Origin: Eledone cirrhosa
Taxonomy: Eukaryota
Reading direction: 5' to 3'
Assembly (NCBI GenBank): GCA_964016885.1
Contig: OZ024764.1
Coordinates: 21,948,001 to 22,012,000, forward strand
DNA length: 64,000 bases
The translations under genes were made by a program, and so were the position numbers. This document shows positions 39,095-53,039 of the stretch, piece by piece (within the stretch, counting starts at the first letter, position 1; each line of letters starts with the position of its first letter). The notes under the pieces were generated by a model. It ran no database searches. It was given only the letters and a program-made list of their open reading frames with translations, and was not told where the DNA came from.

Positions 39095-39860
39095 GTTAAT
39101 TACATACCATACAAGCAATAACAAATCCAAGACATTGAAGAATGAAAGGTAATAATAGACGATATAGGATAAGAATAAAAAATAAAAATAAAAGTAAAAA
39201 TAAAAATAAAAATAAAAATAAAAATAAAAATAAAAATAAAAATAAAAATAAAAATAAAAATAAAAATAAAAATAAAAATAAAAATAAAAATAAAAATTAA
39301 AAAAAAATAAAAATAAGAATAAGGGGTGCTATCTGTCACAGTTGGGCGGTGTGCTGTCAACATATAGTTACATACAAGCATACACATGGATAAGAGAACA
39401 GACAAGAGTAGACACATGGATAAGAGAACAGACAAGAGTAGGTAAGATAATGGGATTAGGTAAGAGTAGGTAAAAAATAGGTAAAAAATAGGTAAAAAAC
39501 AGACTTATAATATATATAAAAAGAGAAATACAAAGAAATACATAACAAACTTACATATAAAATATAAAATATAGGGTAAGGAATGAGATAAAATAATATA
39601 CAATTAAAAATTAAAAATTATATACATAGAACATAATATAGTATAATCGTAAAATAAGATAAAATAAGGTAAACTAAAATCAAATAACATAGACTAAATT
39701 AAAATTAAAATCAAATGTGTAATTATAATTATATGTATAATTAAATGTAATTAAATGTAATTAAATAATAAATAAAGAAATAAATAAATAAAAATTAAAT
39801 AAATAAATAAAATTTAAATTTAAATTTTAAAATTTTAAAGTTAAAATCTAAATTTAAATA

Positions 39861-39907
<47 letters not shown>

Positions 39908-40821
39908 ATGGAGTCAAGTAAGTAAATAAATAAAATTAGATAACATGAAATGAAATAAAATGAAATGAAATAAAGTAAATTGAGATAAGATATATATTTT
40001 TTTAGAATATATCTCTTGAATATATCAGGGGCCCACGAAGGCACTAAATGTCACAGTTATGTGTATCACTTGACCAATTTTTCAAAATACATTTCTTGAA
40101 AACATCAGGGGCCCACGAAGGCACTAAGTGTCACAGTCACCAGTATCACTTGACCATTGCAAGGCAATGGAGGCGTCCCAGGTTGGGCAGTCTCGAAAGT
40201 TCACTCGAAAGTCATGGGTGTGCCTTCACACAGTTGAGCGGTGGGGTAATCACAAACCGGTTCACACACCAATTTTTTAAAAATATATTTCTTGAAAACA
40301 TCAGGGGCCCACGAAGGCGCTAAGTGTCACAGTCACCAGTATCACTCGAGCGGTGGGGTAATCACAAACCGGTTCAACACGGGCAGGAGTCAAATGGTCA
40401 GAGAGGTGCATCAAAGGAGGTAGAAGAATTCACATGCATTAGCAAGCGTGAGGTTAAAGCAGGCAGATACAGTTGTAGCGCATACAAAATATAAAAAGAT
40501 AGCTTCAAGAGCCATTAAGTCACCGCATTGGGACATCACAAGATTGTACACATCAATATGTTCAGTACGTACATGCACGTATACACACCACATGCACATG
40601 CAGAGACGGTATACATATATATATATATATATTTTTTTATATATACACACAGACACATATAACCACCTACACCCATACACATATAAATGTATACACGGGC
40701 ACACACGCACACACACACAGCGTAGGACACCCGGGTCAAAGCCGATATTAAGTACGATATTAAATACAATATTAAATATTAAACACCGAAATACCACATT
40801 AGATCCGGCTTTAGGGACAAA

Positions 40822-41895
40822 TTGTATTACACCCAGGGAAATAATGGTCCTAATAGTAGCTCTACCAGTGTTGTTATAACACATAATATGTCCATTGGTA
40901 ATCGAGGTGTCGCGAATGGGAGGGTTCTAAATGCCGGTGGAATGAAACAGCAGGGCACCATTAGTCTAAGTAATAACAATAGAGGTGTCGTGAACGGGAG
41001 GTTTCTAGATGCCGGTGGAATGAACCAGCAGGGCACCATTAGTCTAAGTAATAGCAATGGTGGGCCTCGCAGCTCCCCGCATAGACTAGGTGAGCATAGG
41101 AACCGTAGAAATAATAATGCTAATAATACTGATGGAAATAGAAAGAATAAAAAGAATAGAAGAAGATTGAATACATACTTCAACCCCCCTTTTAATTCTG
41201 AAGTGGCTACAAATATTCCTAGGGCCTTCTTCTCTGTGCTAGAACGGAACTTCCCTCCTGGTAATAGGTACCACTCTATCCTCAATAAGAATGTTGTTAA
41301 ACTTTCATATTCTACAACCCAAAATCTAGCCTCTCATCTGGCCATTACTAATAATAAGAAAATAAAGGAAGGCCTAGACAACCTAAGCCTAGGGGAAAAC
41401 ACGGTAGTGGATAGAGTGGGCAGTAACACTAGTGGTGATCTTTCTGAGAATAGCATCACCAGAGGTTGTAACTGTAGAAGGGCTTCGGGCTGCCCCCTGA
41501 ATGGTTTCTGCCTTGTTAGAAACATAGTTTATGCGTGTGATGTGGTAACTATGGCGTCCACTATGACCTATATAGGATCAACTTCCACCCCCTTTAAGAC
41601 CAGGTTTAACTCTCATCAATGCACTTTTAGACATAATAAACTGAAGAACTCCACCTCCTTGGCAGCGTACGTCCATAATTTAAAAAATGCACGAACACCT
41701 TACACACTTACTTGGCGGCAGGTTGCTAAATCCCATCCATATACTCCTCATAGTAGAGTATGCAACCTGTGCCTTGCCGAATCCCACTCTATTATATTTG
41801 CTAAATGCCCTCTACTAAATAGAAAGTCTGAAATTTTTTCCTCTTGCCCCCACCGAATATTAAGCTCTTTCTTCTACTTTAAACCTGTTAGCTAG
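40822..41895 (+). CDS. Penelope-like GIY-YIG endonuclease, C-terminal part of the polyprotein (RT missing)
   Basis: YFNPPF...KLSYS linker, CNC-x5-CPLNGFC Zn-linker, NIVY...YIGST, R...H, CNLCLAE and LLNRKSEIFSSCPHR; the frame stays open upstream to the arm junction (SGFRDKLYY); the track start is TTG, not a real start. Confidence 0.85.
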   Translation: MYYTQGNNGPNSSSTSVVITHNMSIGNRGVANGRVLNAGGMKQQGTISLSNNNRGVVNGRFLDAGGMNQQGTISLSNSNGGPRSSPHRLGEHRNRRNNNANNTDGNRKNKKNRRRLNTYFNPPFNSEVATNIPRAFFSVLERNFPPGNRYHSILNKNVVKLSYSTTQNLASHLAITNNKKIKEGLDNLSLGENTVVDRVGSNTSGDLSENSITRGCNCRRASGCPLNGFCLVRNIVYACDVVTMASTMTYIGSTSTPFKTRFNSHQCTFRHNKLKNSTSLAAYVHNLKNARTPYTLTWRQVAKSHPYTPHSRVCNLCLAESHSIIFAKCPLLNRKSEIFSSCPHRILSSFFYFKPVS

Positions 41896-43490
41896 CACGT
41901 CCTTATTCCTCCAGTTGGGCTGTCTTGTGTAACTGTCTCTGACTGAGTGTAACTGTCTCCTAATGTTGGTCGTCTATGTATACGAGTCTGTGAATGTATA
42001 CGTATGCCTGTGGGAGGATATTGATCTTGATATTGGGGTGTGCAGGGGAGTGTATGTTAATAAGCACCCCTGTTTGGTACAGTGGATGTAACCCATCCAC
42101 GCTGGCCTACCCACCATTAGTGCATTGGTGGACCTATCCTGACGTATATCTTGTTGATCTGTACCTCTGTATGCGCATGAGTTGTGATGTAATGTATTTA
42201 TGTAAAGCGTGTACTGTGATTTAGGCTGCACTAGTAGAAATTTAGCCTGTAACTGTGGCGGACCCGTGCCATCCTGCCGTAAGCAGTGGATACGTGGCGC
42301 ATATATGTGTTGCCCTCATATTCTGTGGTTCAAGATCTACAGGCTGACCTCTGGGAACTCTTACTCGGGGTTGTAGTCTTTCTAGCACGATCGGCCTTCC
42401 TTATATTGACGGTCGTTTTTATGATCCCGAAAGTAACGTTTTGGCCCCGATGGCCCTCCGTAGGTACTAACGGTCTGTGTACACTCGAATCGGTCAATGG
42501 CACGTGCAGACATGAATATCTCCGTAGGATTTCAACTGTATTTTAATACATCTCATCGTATGTATTTGTTTTGAATATATTACCTGTGGTGGTGGGTCTG
42601 ATCTAATGTGGTATTTCGGTGTTTAATATTGTATTTAATATCGTACTTAATATCGACTTTGACCCGGGTATCCTACGCTGTGTGTGTGTGCGTGTGTGCC
42701 CGTGTATACATTTATATGTGTATGGGTGTAGGTGGTTATATGTGTCTGTGTGTATATATAAAAAAATATATATATATATATATGTATACCGTCTCTGCAT
42801 GTGCATGTGGTGTGTATACGTGCATGTACGTACTGAACATATTGATGTGTACAATCTTGTGATGTCCCAATGCGGTGACTTAATGGCTCTTGAAGCTATC
42901 TTTTTATATTTTGTATGCGCTACAACTGTATCTGCCTGCTTTAACCTCACGCTTGCTAATGCATGTGAATTCTTCTACCTCCTTTGATGCACCTCTCTGA
43001 CCATTTGACTCCTGCCCGTGTTGAACCGGTTTGTGATTACCCCACCGCTCGAGTGATACTGGTGACTGTGACACTTAGCGCCTTCGTGGGCCCCTGATGT
43101 TTTCAAGAAATATATTTTTAAAAAATTGGTGTGTGAACCGGTTTGTGATTACCCCACCGCTCAACTGTGTGAAGGCACACCCATGACTTTCGAGTGAACT
43201 TTCGAGACTGCCCAACCTGGGACGCCTCCATTGCCTTGCAATGGTCAAGTGATACTGGTGACTGTGACACTTAGTGCCTTCGTGGGCCCCTGATGTTTTC
43301 AAGAAATGTATTTTGAAAAATTGGTCAAGTGATACACATAACTGTGACATTTAGTGCCTTCGTGGGCCCCTGATATATTCAAGAGATATATTCTAAAAAA
43401 ATATATATCTTATCTCAATTTACTTTATTTCATTTCATTTTATTTCATTTCATGTTATCTAATTTTATTTATTTACTTACTTGACTCCAT

Positions 43491-43521
<31 letters not shown>

Positions 43522-44173
43522 TATTTAAATTTAAACTTTAAAATTTTAATTTTATTTATTTATTTAATTTTTATTTATTTATTTCTTTATTTATTTATTT
43601 AATTACATTTAATTACATTTAATTATACATATAATTATAATTACACATTTGATTTTAATTTTAATTTAGTCTATGTTATTTGATTTTAGTTTACCTTATT
43701 TTATCTTATTTTACGATTATACTATATTATGTTCTATGTATATAATTTTTAATTTTTAATTGTATATTATTTTATCTCATTCCTTACCCTATATTTTATA
43801 TTTTATATGTAAGTTTGTTATGTATTTCTTTGTATTTCTCTTTTTATATATATTATAAGTCTGTTTTTTACCTATTTTTTACCTACTCTTACCTAATCCC
43901 ATTATCTTACCTACTCTTGTCTGTTCTCTTATCCATGTGTCTACTCTTGTCTGTTCTCTTATCCATGTGTATGCTTGTATGTAACTATATGTTGACAGCA
44001 CACCGCCCAACTGTGACAGATAGCACCCCTTATTCTTATTTTTTTTTTATTTTTATTTTTATTTTTATTTTTACTTTTATTTTTATTTTTTATTCTTATC
44101 CTATATCGTCTATTATTACCTTTCATTCTTCAATGTCTTGGATTTGTTATTGCTTGTATGGTATGTAATTAAC

Positions 44174-44231
44174 CTTTATGCTCTGATGAGTCCCACTTAT
44201 AGTGTGGATGAAACAATGTTAGCAAGTAAAG
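44174..44231 (+). ncRNA. Minimal type I hammerhead ribozyme
   Basis: CTTTATGCT-CTGATGA-GTCCCACTTATAGTGTGGAT-GAAAC-AAT-GTT|AGCAAGTAAAG: conserved core, stems I and II pair, tiny stem III, GUU triplet. Confidence 0.8.
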
Positions 44232-44581
44232 ATATGCATATGCTATAAGCGTTCTTTGTTATTTATTTATTATATTACGGCTCTGTCCTCAGACATTGAG
44301 CTAACCTCATACTGCCTGCTGGATAAGTGGAGTGTTATACACACCTGATCCTTTCCCTAGCATACTTTATATATATATATATATATCTTGAGTTTGTGAG
44401 TTCGATTCCTGGACCAGGCGATGCGTTATGTCCTTGAACAAGACACTTTATTTCACGTTCCTTCTACATGGAATTGCGACCTTTAGTACTAGCAATTGGA
44501 AAGACCAATGGAAACATTGCTTCCTCGGTCCGATTTGACGAAAGTCGATCGTTCCTTCATATATATATATATATACACACA

Positions 44582-46651
44582 CTGTTGTACCTTGACTTAA
44601 GAGTTTAATTTGTTCCGTGGAGGACCTCGTAACTTAAATTACTCGTATGTCAAATCAATTTTCCCCACTGAAATAAATTAAAATGCCGTTAATCCGTTCC
44701 AGACCACAAAACCCACAGTTTGTTTTGTTACGTGTTTTTAAATAAGAAAAATGTACTGATAAATAACAAATATTGTATATAAAAAAAACAATACAATAGA
44801 ATGTACTGCAACAAACTAGTTTTATGAAGTATAATGTACAGCATCTATCTTGGAGATCAGACGACTTGAGGATGTTGACGGAGGAGAAAGGATGAACTGA
44901 ATAACTGAATCTTATTCGCTGAATTTTGCCCCTTTTCGCCACGCTTTCCTCACTTTTATCTGCAGGGATTTTCAATAAAAACCTGTCTAATGAGGTTTGT
45001 TTCATCTCACTTGTTGAGATAACCTCCTCTGTGTCACCTATTTCCTGCAAAACCTCCGTGTGTTGCTGTGTCTGTAGCTCCTTTAATTCCTTCTTTGTCA
45101 GTTCCTCGGAGTGCTCCTTGATGAGCTCGTTGATGTCACCTTCATCCATGTCCAAGCCCATGCACTTACCGAGGGGTACAATCTCCCCCACCACTGCCGC
45201 TTCGGGTTCGAGTCTTTCAAAGTCTGTTTTAGACACAACTTCAGGCCACAGCTTCTTCCATGTAGAGGTCAAGGTCCTCTTTGTAAGACCCTGCCATGTC
45301 ATATCAATAATTCTGAGGCATATCACGATGTTATAATGGTCCTTCCAGCCCTCTCAAGGGTGAAGTTTGTGCTCTCCGTCATTTCAAAGCAGCGACTGAA
45401 CAGGTGCTTGGTGAAGAGCTTCTTGAAATTAGAAAGTACCTGCTGGTCCTTGGGCTGTAGGATAGGGGTGGTGTTTGGTGGAAGGTAGAGGACCTTTATA
45501 AACTTGAACTCTTCGAGGTTAGGTGGGTGAGCAGGTGTATTGTCCAGAACAAGAAGAGTTTACAGGGGTAGGTTATTTTCATGGAGATATTTTTTAACGT
45601 CAGGACCAAAGACCAAATTCACTCACTCCACAAAGAACTACCTGGTGACCCATGACCTCGGGTTTGCCCTCCACATAACCTGCAGTTTTTCTTTCAGAAT
45701 CTTATGTGACTTAAAGGTTCTGGAGTTTTCTGAATGATAAACGAGCGGCGGCTTAATCTTACACTCGCCGCTCAGTGGCACACAGTGCGAGGGTTAGCCT
45801 ATCCTTCATGGGTTTGTGGCCAGGCATCCTCTTCTCCTCTGCCGTTATATAAGTCCTCCTTGGTATCTTCTTCCAAAAAGTCCTGTTTCATCACAGTTAA
45901 AGACTTGCTGAGGGATGTATCCTTTGGCTGCTATAATTCTGGCAAAGGTTTTGAGGTAATCCTCAGCTGCCTTCATATCCGCGCTCGCTGCCTCACCATG
46001 CCTGACAACGGAGTGAATGCCGGTCCTCTTTTTAAAATTCTCAAACCAACCCCGACTGGCATTAAAGGGCTTGCCGATGGCTCGTCCGTAGAAGTACCTG
46101 GGGTCTGCTGCAGCAAACCAGCGTAAATAGCTCGTGCCTTCTCACATATTATAATCTTCATCACAGTATCTCTTGCGAGCTGCTTCTCCGTCAACCACAC
46201 CATCAGCAGCTTTTCCATATTTTCATGGATAGATGTCCGCTGTTTAGAAATTATTTTACCACCCTTAGCTGGGGTTATAGCCTTTATCAAGTCCTTCTAC
46301 TTCAGTATGGTACATATCATAGAAGTGCTACGCTCGTACTACTTCACCAAGTCCACTACACACACCTTGGTCATGTTTTTCTATAATTTCTTTCTTTAAT
46401 TCAATACACATCATCTGCTTCTTCTTCTCAGAACTGTCCTTCGCCCTCACTTTCTTCGAAGCCATGGGATGCCGGGCGGGTGTTACGGTATTTCATGTGG
46501 CGGTCACTATGCCAACTAGTGGCGGGGCAACTGAAGCTGACTCGTAACCCGAATTTTACTCTGGAACTCAACGCAAAAAAAATCAGCCGAGAGAGGGCTC
46601 GAATCTCGAAAAACTTATTAGTTGGGACACTCATAAGTCAAGGTACCACTG
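44582..46651 (-). mobile_element. Tigger/pogo remnant, copy 3 (most complete)
   Basis: Same TIRs and transposase fragments. Confidence 0.88.
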
Positions 46652-46736
46652 AATATATATATATATTTGTGTTTGTGTGTGTATATGTATATTATGTATC
46701 TTCTGATTACTGAAGATGGTGCATTAGATTTCACTG

Positions 46737-47395
46737 TCAACACTGTAAAGAGGTTGTGTAGGTGTCATGACAAAAAGTACCCAATCCACACTGTAAAGTG
46801 GTCACATTGGTGTCATGGCAAAAAGTACCCAGTCCACCCTGTAAAGTGGTCATGTAGGTGTCACGATAAAAATTAGCCAGTACTCACTGTAAAGTGGTAC
46901 TGTAGGTGTCACAACAAAAATACCCAGTACACACTGTAAAGTGGTCATGTAGGTGTCACGACAAAAAGTACCCAATCCACACTGTAAAGTGGTCACATTG
47001 GTGTCATGGCAAAAAGTACCCAGTCCACCCTGTAAAGTGGTACTGTAGGTGTCACGATAAAAAGTACCCAGTACTCACTGTTAAGTGGTCATGTTGGTGT
47101 CACAACAAAAAGTACCCAGTACTCACTGTAAAGTGGTACTGTAGGTGCCATGACAAAAAGTAAAAAAGTACCCAGCCCACACTGTGAAGTGGTCGAGTTG
47201 GTGAGATAGTAAAAAGCACCCAGTACTCAATGTAAATAAGGTTGGTGCTAGGAAGGGCATCCAGCTGTAGAAACCAAACCATAATTGGTTTTGTAGGAGC
47301 AACACGTGGTCACCTGACCTGGCATTGCTTACAACAGGATAACTTGTCTAACCCATGCCAGCGTGGAAAAACTGATGTAAAACAGTGATGATGAT
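46737..47395 (+). repeat. 48-bp minisatellite array
   Basis: About 10 units, then the RTE-type tail. Confidence 0.85.
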
Positions 47396-48295
47396 ATAAC
47401 ATTTGTTTAATAATGAATTCCAATCTCATTGTTAACAGCTATAGATGTCAGGATGTGAACCTTTTTACTGAAATATCTTCTCCATGTTAGTGGCTGAAGA
47501 AGATTTAGAAAACTTTCACACAATAACAGTATTCCCTAACTTCTCCCCTAAAAAATACAAGACAAGCAGGGCCAGACTTTTGCCTACTGAAGCCCTAAGC
47601 TATATGAAGTTAGAGGTTCTTCTCTAAAAATATATAATTATCTTTTATATTAATGTTAATGATAAAGAATAAATAATATAATAAATATACCACCATAGGT
47701 GCTGAGGTGGCTAGCTGCTGGTGTGAACCTCACAAGATGGAATAGCTCTTCCAGCACATCTAGAACAACATGACCCTCTAATATCTAGTATTTAGTAACA
47801 AACTAGACCACCCGGGACCTGTTGGGTCACGTTCCCTTAAAACTATTTTTTAAAAGTCATTTAAAAATGATTTTTAAATAGTTAAAATATACACATACGT
47901 ATATATATATATACACACACACACATTTTATTAAACAACACCACCAGCTCTCTCTCTCTCTTCCATCTGTCTCCTCACTCTCACAACCACTATCTCTTTC
48001 TCTCCCTATATATATCAAGGTACCCAGAAAACCTTGTATCTTGGGAACCTGTGCTCCAATTTATACAAAAATTGTTTTATTCCTTTCAAAGTATTTCCCC
48101 ATTATGCACTGTTTTAGCTGTATTAAATTAGACAAGACACAATTACAGAGTTTTAGTAGTATATAGATAACATAGCTTCAAATTAAAGTTAGTAAACGAC
48201 AGTTTGGAGAAATCTGTAACATTTATTAAACATTGCTCAAGTTTGTCAATTCTATAGCACAATAGTTTGTTAGTTAAAGTGTTTAGTTAGATGTT

Positions 48296-48351
48296 CTACA
48301 TATAAAGAATAGAGAATACTTTACCACAAATATTACAGTGGTATAATGATT
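48296..48351 (-). pseudogene. Decayed ZNF half finger, unit 3 copy (upstream part deleted)
   Basis: YHCNICGKVF retained; leader and acceptor removed by a deletion at ~48351-48367. Confidence 0.6.
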
Positions 48352-48918
48352 ACAGCGGTATAATGATGTAAGCTGTCAGCCAGATGAATGTTGCCTTGGT
48401 GATGGAATAGTACAGTAGATAGAAGTTGAAATCTAAAAGACCTGAAGGGGAATAACAATATCAAATAGTTAAAATGGAAGCTAGATATTAGGCTTACAAG
48501 TTATTGATTTCTGTTGTTATTGTTAAAATCTGTTTAATCTGTGATATTTGAGACAAGGTACAGGACAATAGAATTAATATCAATGTCTGACTAACAACAA
48601 CAAAAGTTTTCATTTTTTTGGCAGGTTTAAATTACAAAAGTTCCCAACCTTTACTAAAAATACAAATATATATCTTACCTGTTAAAGTATAATAAATCAA
48701 AGTTTAATGTGAAAAACTTTAATTTACAAAAAATCTTCAAACACTGCTTCAAAAATGGAAACCTGGTGTTTATGATCCCTGTCCTAGGTAAAACCTACAA
48801 GGTTGACCCCAGTTTTAGCAAGGATGATGGATCTACACAATTGTTGTTGTAGTAGTATGATGTAATGAGTTTGATATTGATACAGCTAAACTTCTGTAAG
48901 AATACACACATGCTTGGT

Positions 48919-49512
<594 letters not shown>

Positions 49513-50549
49513 TCACCAATGACCTCAGTTTCTCACATAATTCACAGTTTTAATATTTTTCTCCTGTCAATATATGGATATTTTTCTTCTTTATGTTTAT
49601 AATATTATTCCTAAAATATATTCCTCCAGATATATTTCCATCAACTTTGGTCTTTCTTTATATTTAAAGATGATACAAACTGTTTTGCAGATCTCTTCAA
49701 GTTTAATATACATATAAAATCATCCTGTACATATTCCAGACAGTGAAGAATAACAGCTTCCTTTAGTCTTTAAATAATGGTGTTGATGAAACAACTGATA
49801 TAAAAGTGTTTTATCCTTTTCATACCAGTCTTTATATTTATCTAAAAACTTTCCATTGTAACTTCATGAGATTGTGCAAAGTTATGTTCCAAATAGTAGC
49901 TTAATACTGAGAAATTTAGTTATATTATTAAATCCCTTCAAAGTGTTGAGTGTTTTCAAAATTATTTGAAAATGATGGGTAGTGTCTTTCATTAGAAATG
50001 GTTAATGTTGAGGATATGTCTGATGTAACGTGCTCTTTAATGCCAATGTCCTCTGGTATTCTGAAATAATAAAAGAACATTATAAGATACTCAGAAACTT
50101 GTAATACATCAGTACAAATTTCATATAATATTTCTATATTGATAAATGGACTGTAATAAATACTAAGGCCTTCTTTGGTGAAGAATGTGCTGACTAACAT
50201 AGGTTAGTTATTAGTGGCAGTAGATTATACTGACTGATAAAAGTAGTTATTAGTGACATTAGATTAAACTGACTGATAAAAGTAGTTATTAGTGACATTA
50301 GATTATACTGACTGATAAAAGTAGTTAATAGTGACATTAGATTAACCCTTTAGTATTCACATTACTCTATATTTACTATTATATTTTCACAGTAAATGCT
50401 TTATCTCACATAATATCAAATCTATGAGATTTTCATGTTATTTATTTTGAGAACAATACCTTAACATAAGTATAAGTGACCAATTACGGCCAGTTTGAAC
50501 AGAAAGATGTGGGAGAAGTCTGGCCAGATATGGCCAGTTTATATACTAA

Positions 50550-52990
50550 AGGGTTAAGGAAATTAGGTGTAGAAGAATGGCTTGTGAGAAGCTGTCAGTA
50601 TAGTATGTTTAGTGAGGAATTGAAGGTACAGGTAGGAGTTCATCATGGTTTAGTTCTTAGCCCACTGTTGTTCATCATAGTTCTCCAAGCCATAACAGAG
50701 AGGTTTAAGACTGGCAGTCTATGGAAACTTCTCTATGTAGATGACCAACTATAGATATAGAATTTGAAATGGTAAGTTCTGAGAATATACTTAGCCAAAA
50801 CTAAAGTGGTAATGGATAGGAGAGAAGACCCTGACCCCTTCAGGAAAGCAGCCCTGCTCCATATGTAGAAAAGGAATAAGTAGAGATAAACGCAATGACA
50901 GAGACCTAGTTATAATAGCAGGGGACTTGAATGGTCATGTTGGACAGTTCCAGGATGGATATACTGGGGTACATGGTGGTCATGGTTATGGCTCAAGAAA
51001 TGAAGAAGGAGTGAGGCTTCTTGTATTTTGTGATGCAAGTGAACTAACCATTTGCAACACTTCAAGAAACCTACGAACCACCTAACAACCTACCAATCAG
51101 GTGAACACCTGAGACAGATTGACTTCTTCCTAGTTAGGCAGCAAGTGAGACAGATGGTGTCAAATACTAAAGCATACCCCAGGGAACAATGTAACCCCCC
51201 AACATAGGTTAGTCGTTAGTGACATCTCAGTAAGCAGGTTACTGAAGAAACTTGTGGCTGGAGCAGAGCTCCAACCAGACAGAGGGTGACCTGGTGGTGG
51301 AACAGCACGGTAGATAGAGCCATTAGAGACAAAAGACTTGGAAAAATGGTAGGGGTAGAGACCGATACACAGCCACTAAGAGAGAAGCTAGATGTCAGGT
51401 CTACTTAACATGCAGGGAGGCTGAGAGGAGAAGGTTTGCCAATGTCCTGCGATGGGAAGATCAGAGATGTGCGGTGTTCCACATTACAAGGCAGTGTGTC
51501 AGTGTAAATCAGGATGTTGGTGCACTTAGTGTCACTGATTCTCAAAACAAAGGAGGCCTGGAAATGTCATTATGAGAGACTGATGAATGTGAAGAATGAA
51601 AGGGAGAGAAACTACCCTCAGTAGACCCGACAGAGGGACCAGCTATTGAGATTGACGACTATAGGGTCCAAGAGGCAATTAAGGAAATGAAAAATGGTAG
51701 GTCCGCTGGACTGTTGGGGATAGTTGCTGAGATGCAAAAGGCATCAGGAGAAGTAGGAATTAAACTGGTTGCATGCATCATTAATCAAGCTATATATGGT
51801 GGTGTCATACCCAAAGACTGGTGCAGCAGTATTCTCATAAATTGAGGTAAAGGTAAAGGGGATGTTCTGGAGAGGAGTAATTATAGGGGTATAAAGCTGA
51901 TGGATCAGGTTATGAAAGTGACAGAAAGAATACTAGCGCAACTTAGAGAAAGGGTCAAACAGATGCCCTCTTCTTAGTGAGACAACTACAAGAGAGGTTC
52001 TTAGAGAAGAATAAACCACTATACTTAGCTTTTGTTGGCCTAGAGAAGGCCTTTGATAGAGTACCCCAATCTGTCATCTGGTGGTCCCTAAGGAAACTAG
52101 GTGTAGAGGAATGGCTTGTGAGGACAGTGCAAGCTATGTACAGAGGTACTGTCAGTAAAGTGAGGGTAGGCATGGAGTTTAGTGAGGAATTCCAGAATAC
52201 AAGTAGGAGTACATCAGGTTTCGGTCCTCAGCCCGCTCTTGTTCATTATAGTCCTCCAAGTCATAACAGAAGAGTTTAAGACTGGCTGTCCATGGGAACT
52301 TCTCTATGATGACGATCTGGTTCTTATAGCAGAATCAGTAGAGGAGCTAGAGAATAAATTCTGGCTATTGCAACAGCATTTGGAATCAAGAGGACTGAGA
52401 GTGAACCTAGCTAAGACAAAAGTGTTGATGAGTAGAAAAGAGGACAAAACTGTCATTCCATCAGGGAAATGGCCTTGTTCGATATGTAGAAAAGGAACTG
52501 GCATAAATTCTATAATATACACAATGCAGATTTTGGGTACACAAGAAATGTAGTGGGATAGCAGGCAAACTAACAGGTAGGGAAAACTACATATGCAGTA
52601 GATGTACAGGGAAATTTGACAGTAGAAGTTGCAGTGATAGACACATTTTTCAAATGCAGGTAGGATCTACAGAGGTGGTTGATAGCTTCTGATACCTAGG
52701 TGATCAGATTAGCACAAGAGGGGAGCATGCTGTGAGACCATAGTATCTAGAATAAGGACAGGTTGGAAGACGTTTAGGGAGCTGCTTCCTCTGTTGACAA
52801 AGAAGCGTTTCTCCCTAAGAACGAATGGCTGGTGATGCCTGCGTGAGATGTGTGATGCTGCACGGTAGTGAGACATGGACAGCAACTGTGGAGGATATGC
52901 AACGACTGGAGAGAAATGAAGCAAGTATGCTCCGTTGGATGTGCAATGTCAATGTGCATCAACGACCAAGCATAGATGAGTTGAGAGAGA
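50550..52990 (+). mobile_element. Degenerate RTE LINE in the intron of ZNF copy 3
   Basis: APE and RT fragments collinear with the minus-strand RTE copies (RQLQERFLEKNKPLYLAF, LLYDDD, MLHGSETW). Confidence 0.88.
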
Positions 52991-53039
52991 ATGCACAACA
53001 TGGCCATACCAGTGCATGTGTCTCCTGTGAAACACATCC

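Larger units (their letters stand above)
38991..44368 (+). mobile_element. 5'-truncated Penelope-like element (Neptune-type) with long inverted arms
   Basis: GIY-YIG ORF; arms 38991-40805 and 42600-44277 are near-identical inverted copies; inserted in a (TA)n tract that is empty at ~1406-1422 and ~19331-19349. Confidence 0.9.

Noticed and set aside
40411-43602. Mirror-image ORF pairs in the Penelope arms
   Set aside because: Low-complexity microsatellite translations duplicated by the inversion
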